Positions 46,546 through 47,162 of a DNA stretch of 47,162 nt are shown in pieces (position 1 is the stretch's first letter; each line of letters starts with the position of its first letter). The stretch is from positions 1 through 47,162 of the forward strand of contig QPMI01000317.1 in NCBI GenBank assembly GCA_004431415.1. Direction: 5' to 3'. The position numbers and the translations under genes are program-made. Source of the DNA: Cyanophora paradoxa CCMP329. Its lineage: Eukaryota > Plantae > Glaucophyta. Under the pieces are notes generated by a model. That model was not told where the DNA came from and did no database searches. It saw nothing but the letters and a program-made list of their open reading frames with translations.

Positions 46546-47162
46546 GGCGGCCATGCTGAGCTAAACCGGGACGCTGCCCGGCGGGCGCTCCCGATGGCTA
46601 GGCGAACTATGCTGAGCTCTTAGCTAATGGAAACAAGGCGCGGGCATGCCGGCGCGCCGCCGCCTCGCAACCTCGTGCGCTCGGCTGATCACCTGCCACT
46701 GCTACCCCAGATCCCAAGAGGCCTCGTTGCGTCTATCCCGATGCGCGGCTGCGGTCTCGCAAGTTCGGCTCGAATCGTAGTCGTACCCGCCACAGCCGCT
46801 CCCCCCTTAATCTCCTACGCTCTGATGTCGTCGCCGGTGCGAGCTCGGCGCGCGTGAAAGCGTGCGCTCACTGACACATCGCGCAGATGACCGAGTCGCA
46901 GGTCCATCCCGGGCGCGCTTGACCTTTCCGCTTGGTCGACGCTCGAGCTCGACGCTCCCTTGCAATTGACCCCGCGCAGATGCGCCAGTTCGCGGGGGAG
47001 GAGAATGTGGAACGAGTGAAGGCTGGCATTCGCCAGACGCAGGACGCGGGCGCGCGGATCAAGGAGTCGGCTTTCGCCACCGCCCGCCGCGCCGGCGATC
47101 TTGCCACAGACGTCGCGCAAACGGCCGCGACGTGCGCTCGGCGCGGACGCCTCTCGTTGTGC

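Noticed and set aside
46815-47120. Minus-strand 101-aa ORF as a separate gene
   Set aside because: No recognisable motif and too close to the window edge to evaluate.

Overview
GC-rich eukaryotic genomic DNA with many short introns, probably from a unicellular alga or protist; the species cannot be determined from the sequence. Genes: (1) a spliced minus-strand two-TM receptor with an extracellular dCache-like domain (6141 to beyond the left edge, with a >=965-bp (GGGGC)n intron); (2) two paralogous spliced response-regulator (REC/CheY-like) genes at about 12.9-14.6 kb and 31.4-33.1 kb, inside a tandem segmental duplication; (3) a long multi-exon RI-type LRR gene (about 46.5 to 37.8 kb, minus), with a decayed internal fragment copied to 9-11 kb and its last exon duplicated at 36.5-37.2 kb. 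Transposons: a 12.5-kb CACTG...CAGTG element with a CTC target-site duplication (TSD), containing 239-, ~110- and 490-bp tandem arrays and 880-bp inverted arms; a 241-bp CACAG MITE with a TAG TSD; three TA-flanked MITEs; and hAT-like termini. The most striking signal appears when paralogous copies are aligned by eye. They differ repeatedly by one stereotyped, frame-preserving 6-bp insertion that turns a triplet XYZ into XYZ-revcomp(XYZ)-XYZ (14 clean cases, one of them nested). This matches a hairpin-type excision footprint of a 3-bp-TSD transposon and may be a dominant mutational process in this genome. All alignments and splice models were made by eye; most ORF-track ORFs are GC-rich artefacts.
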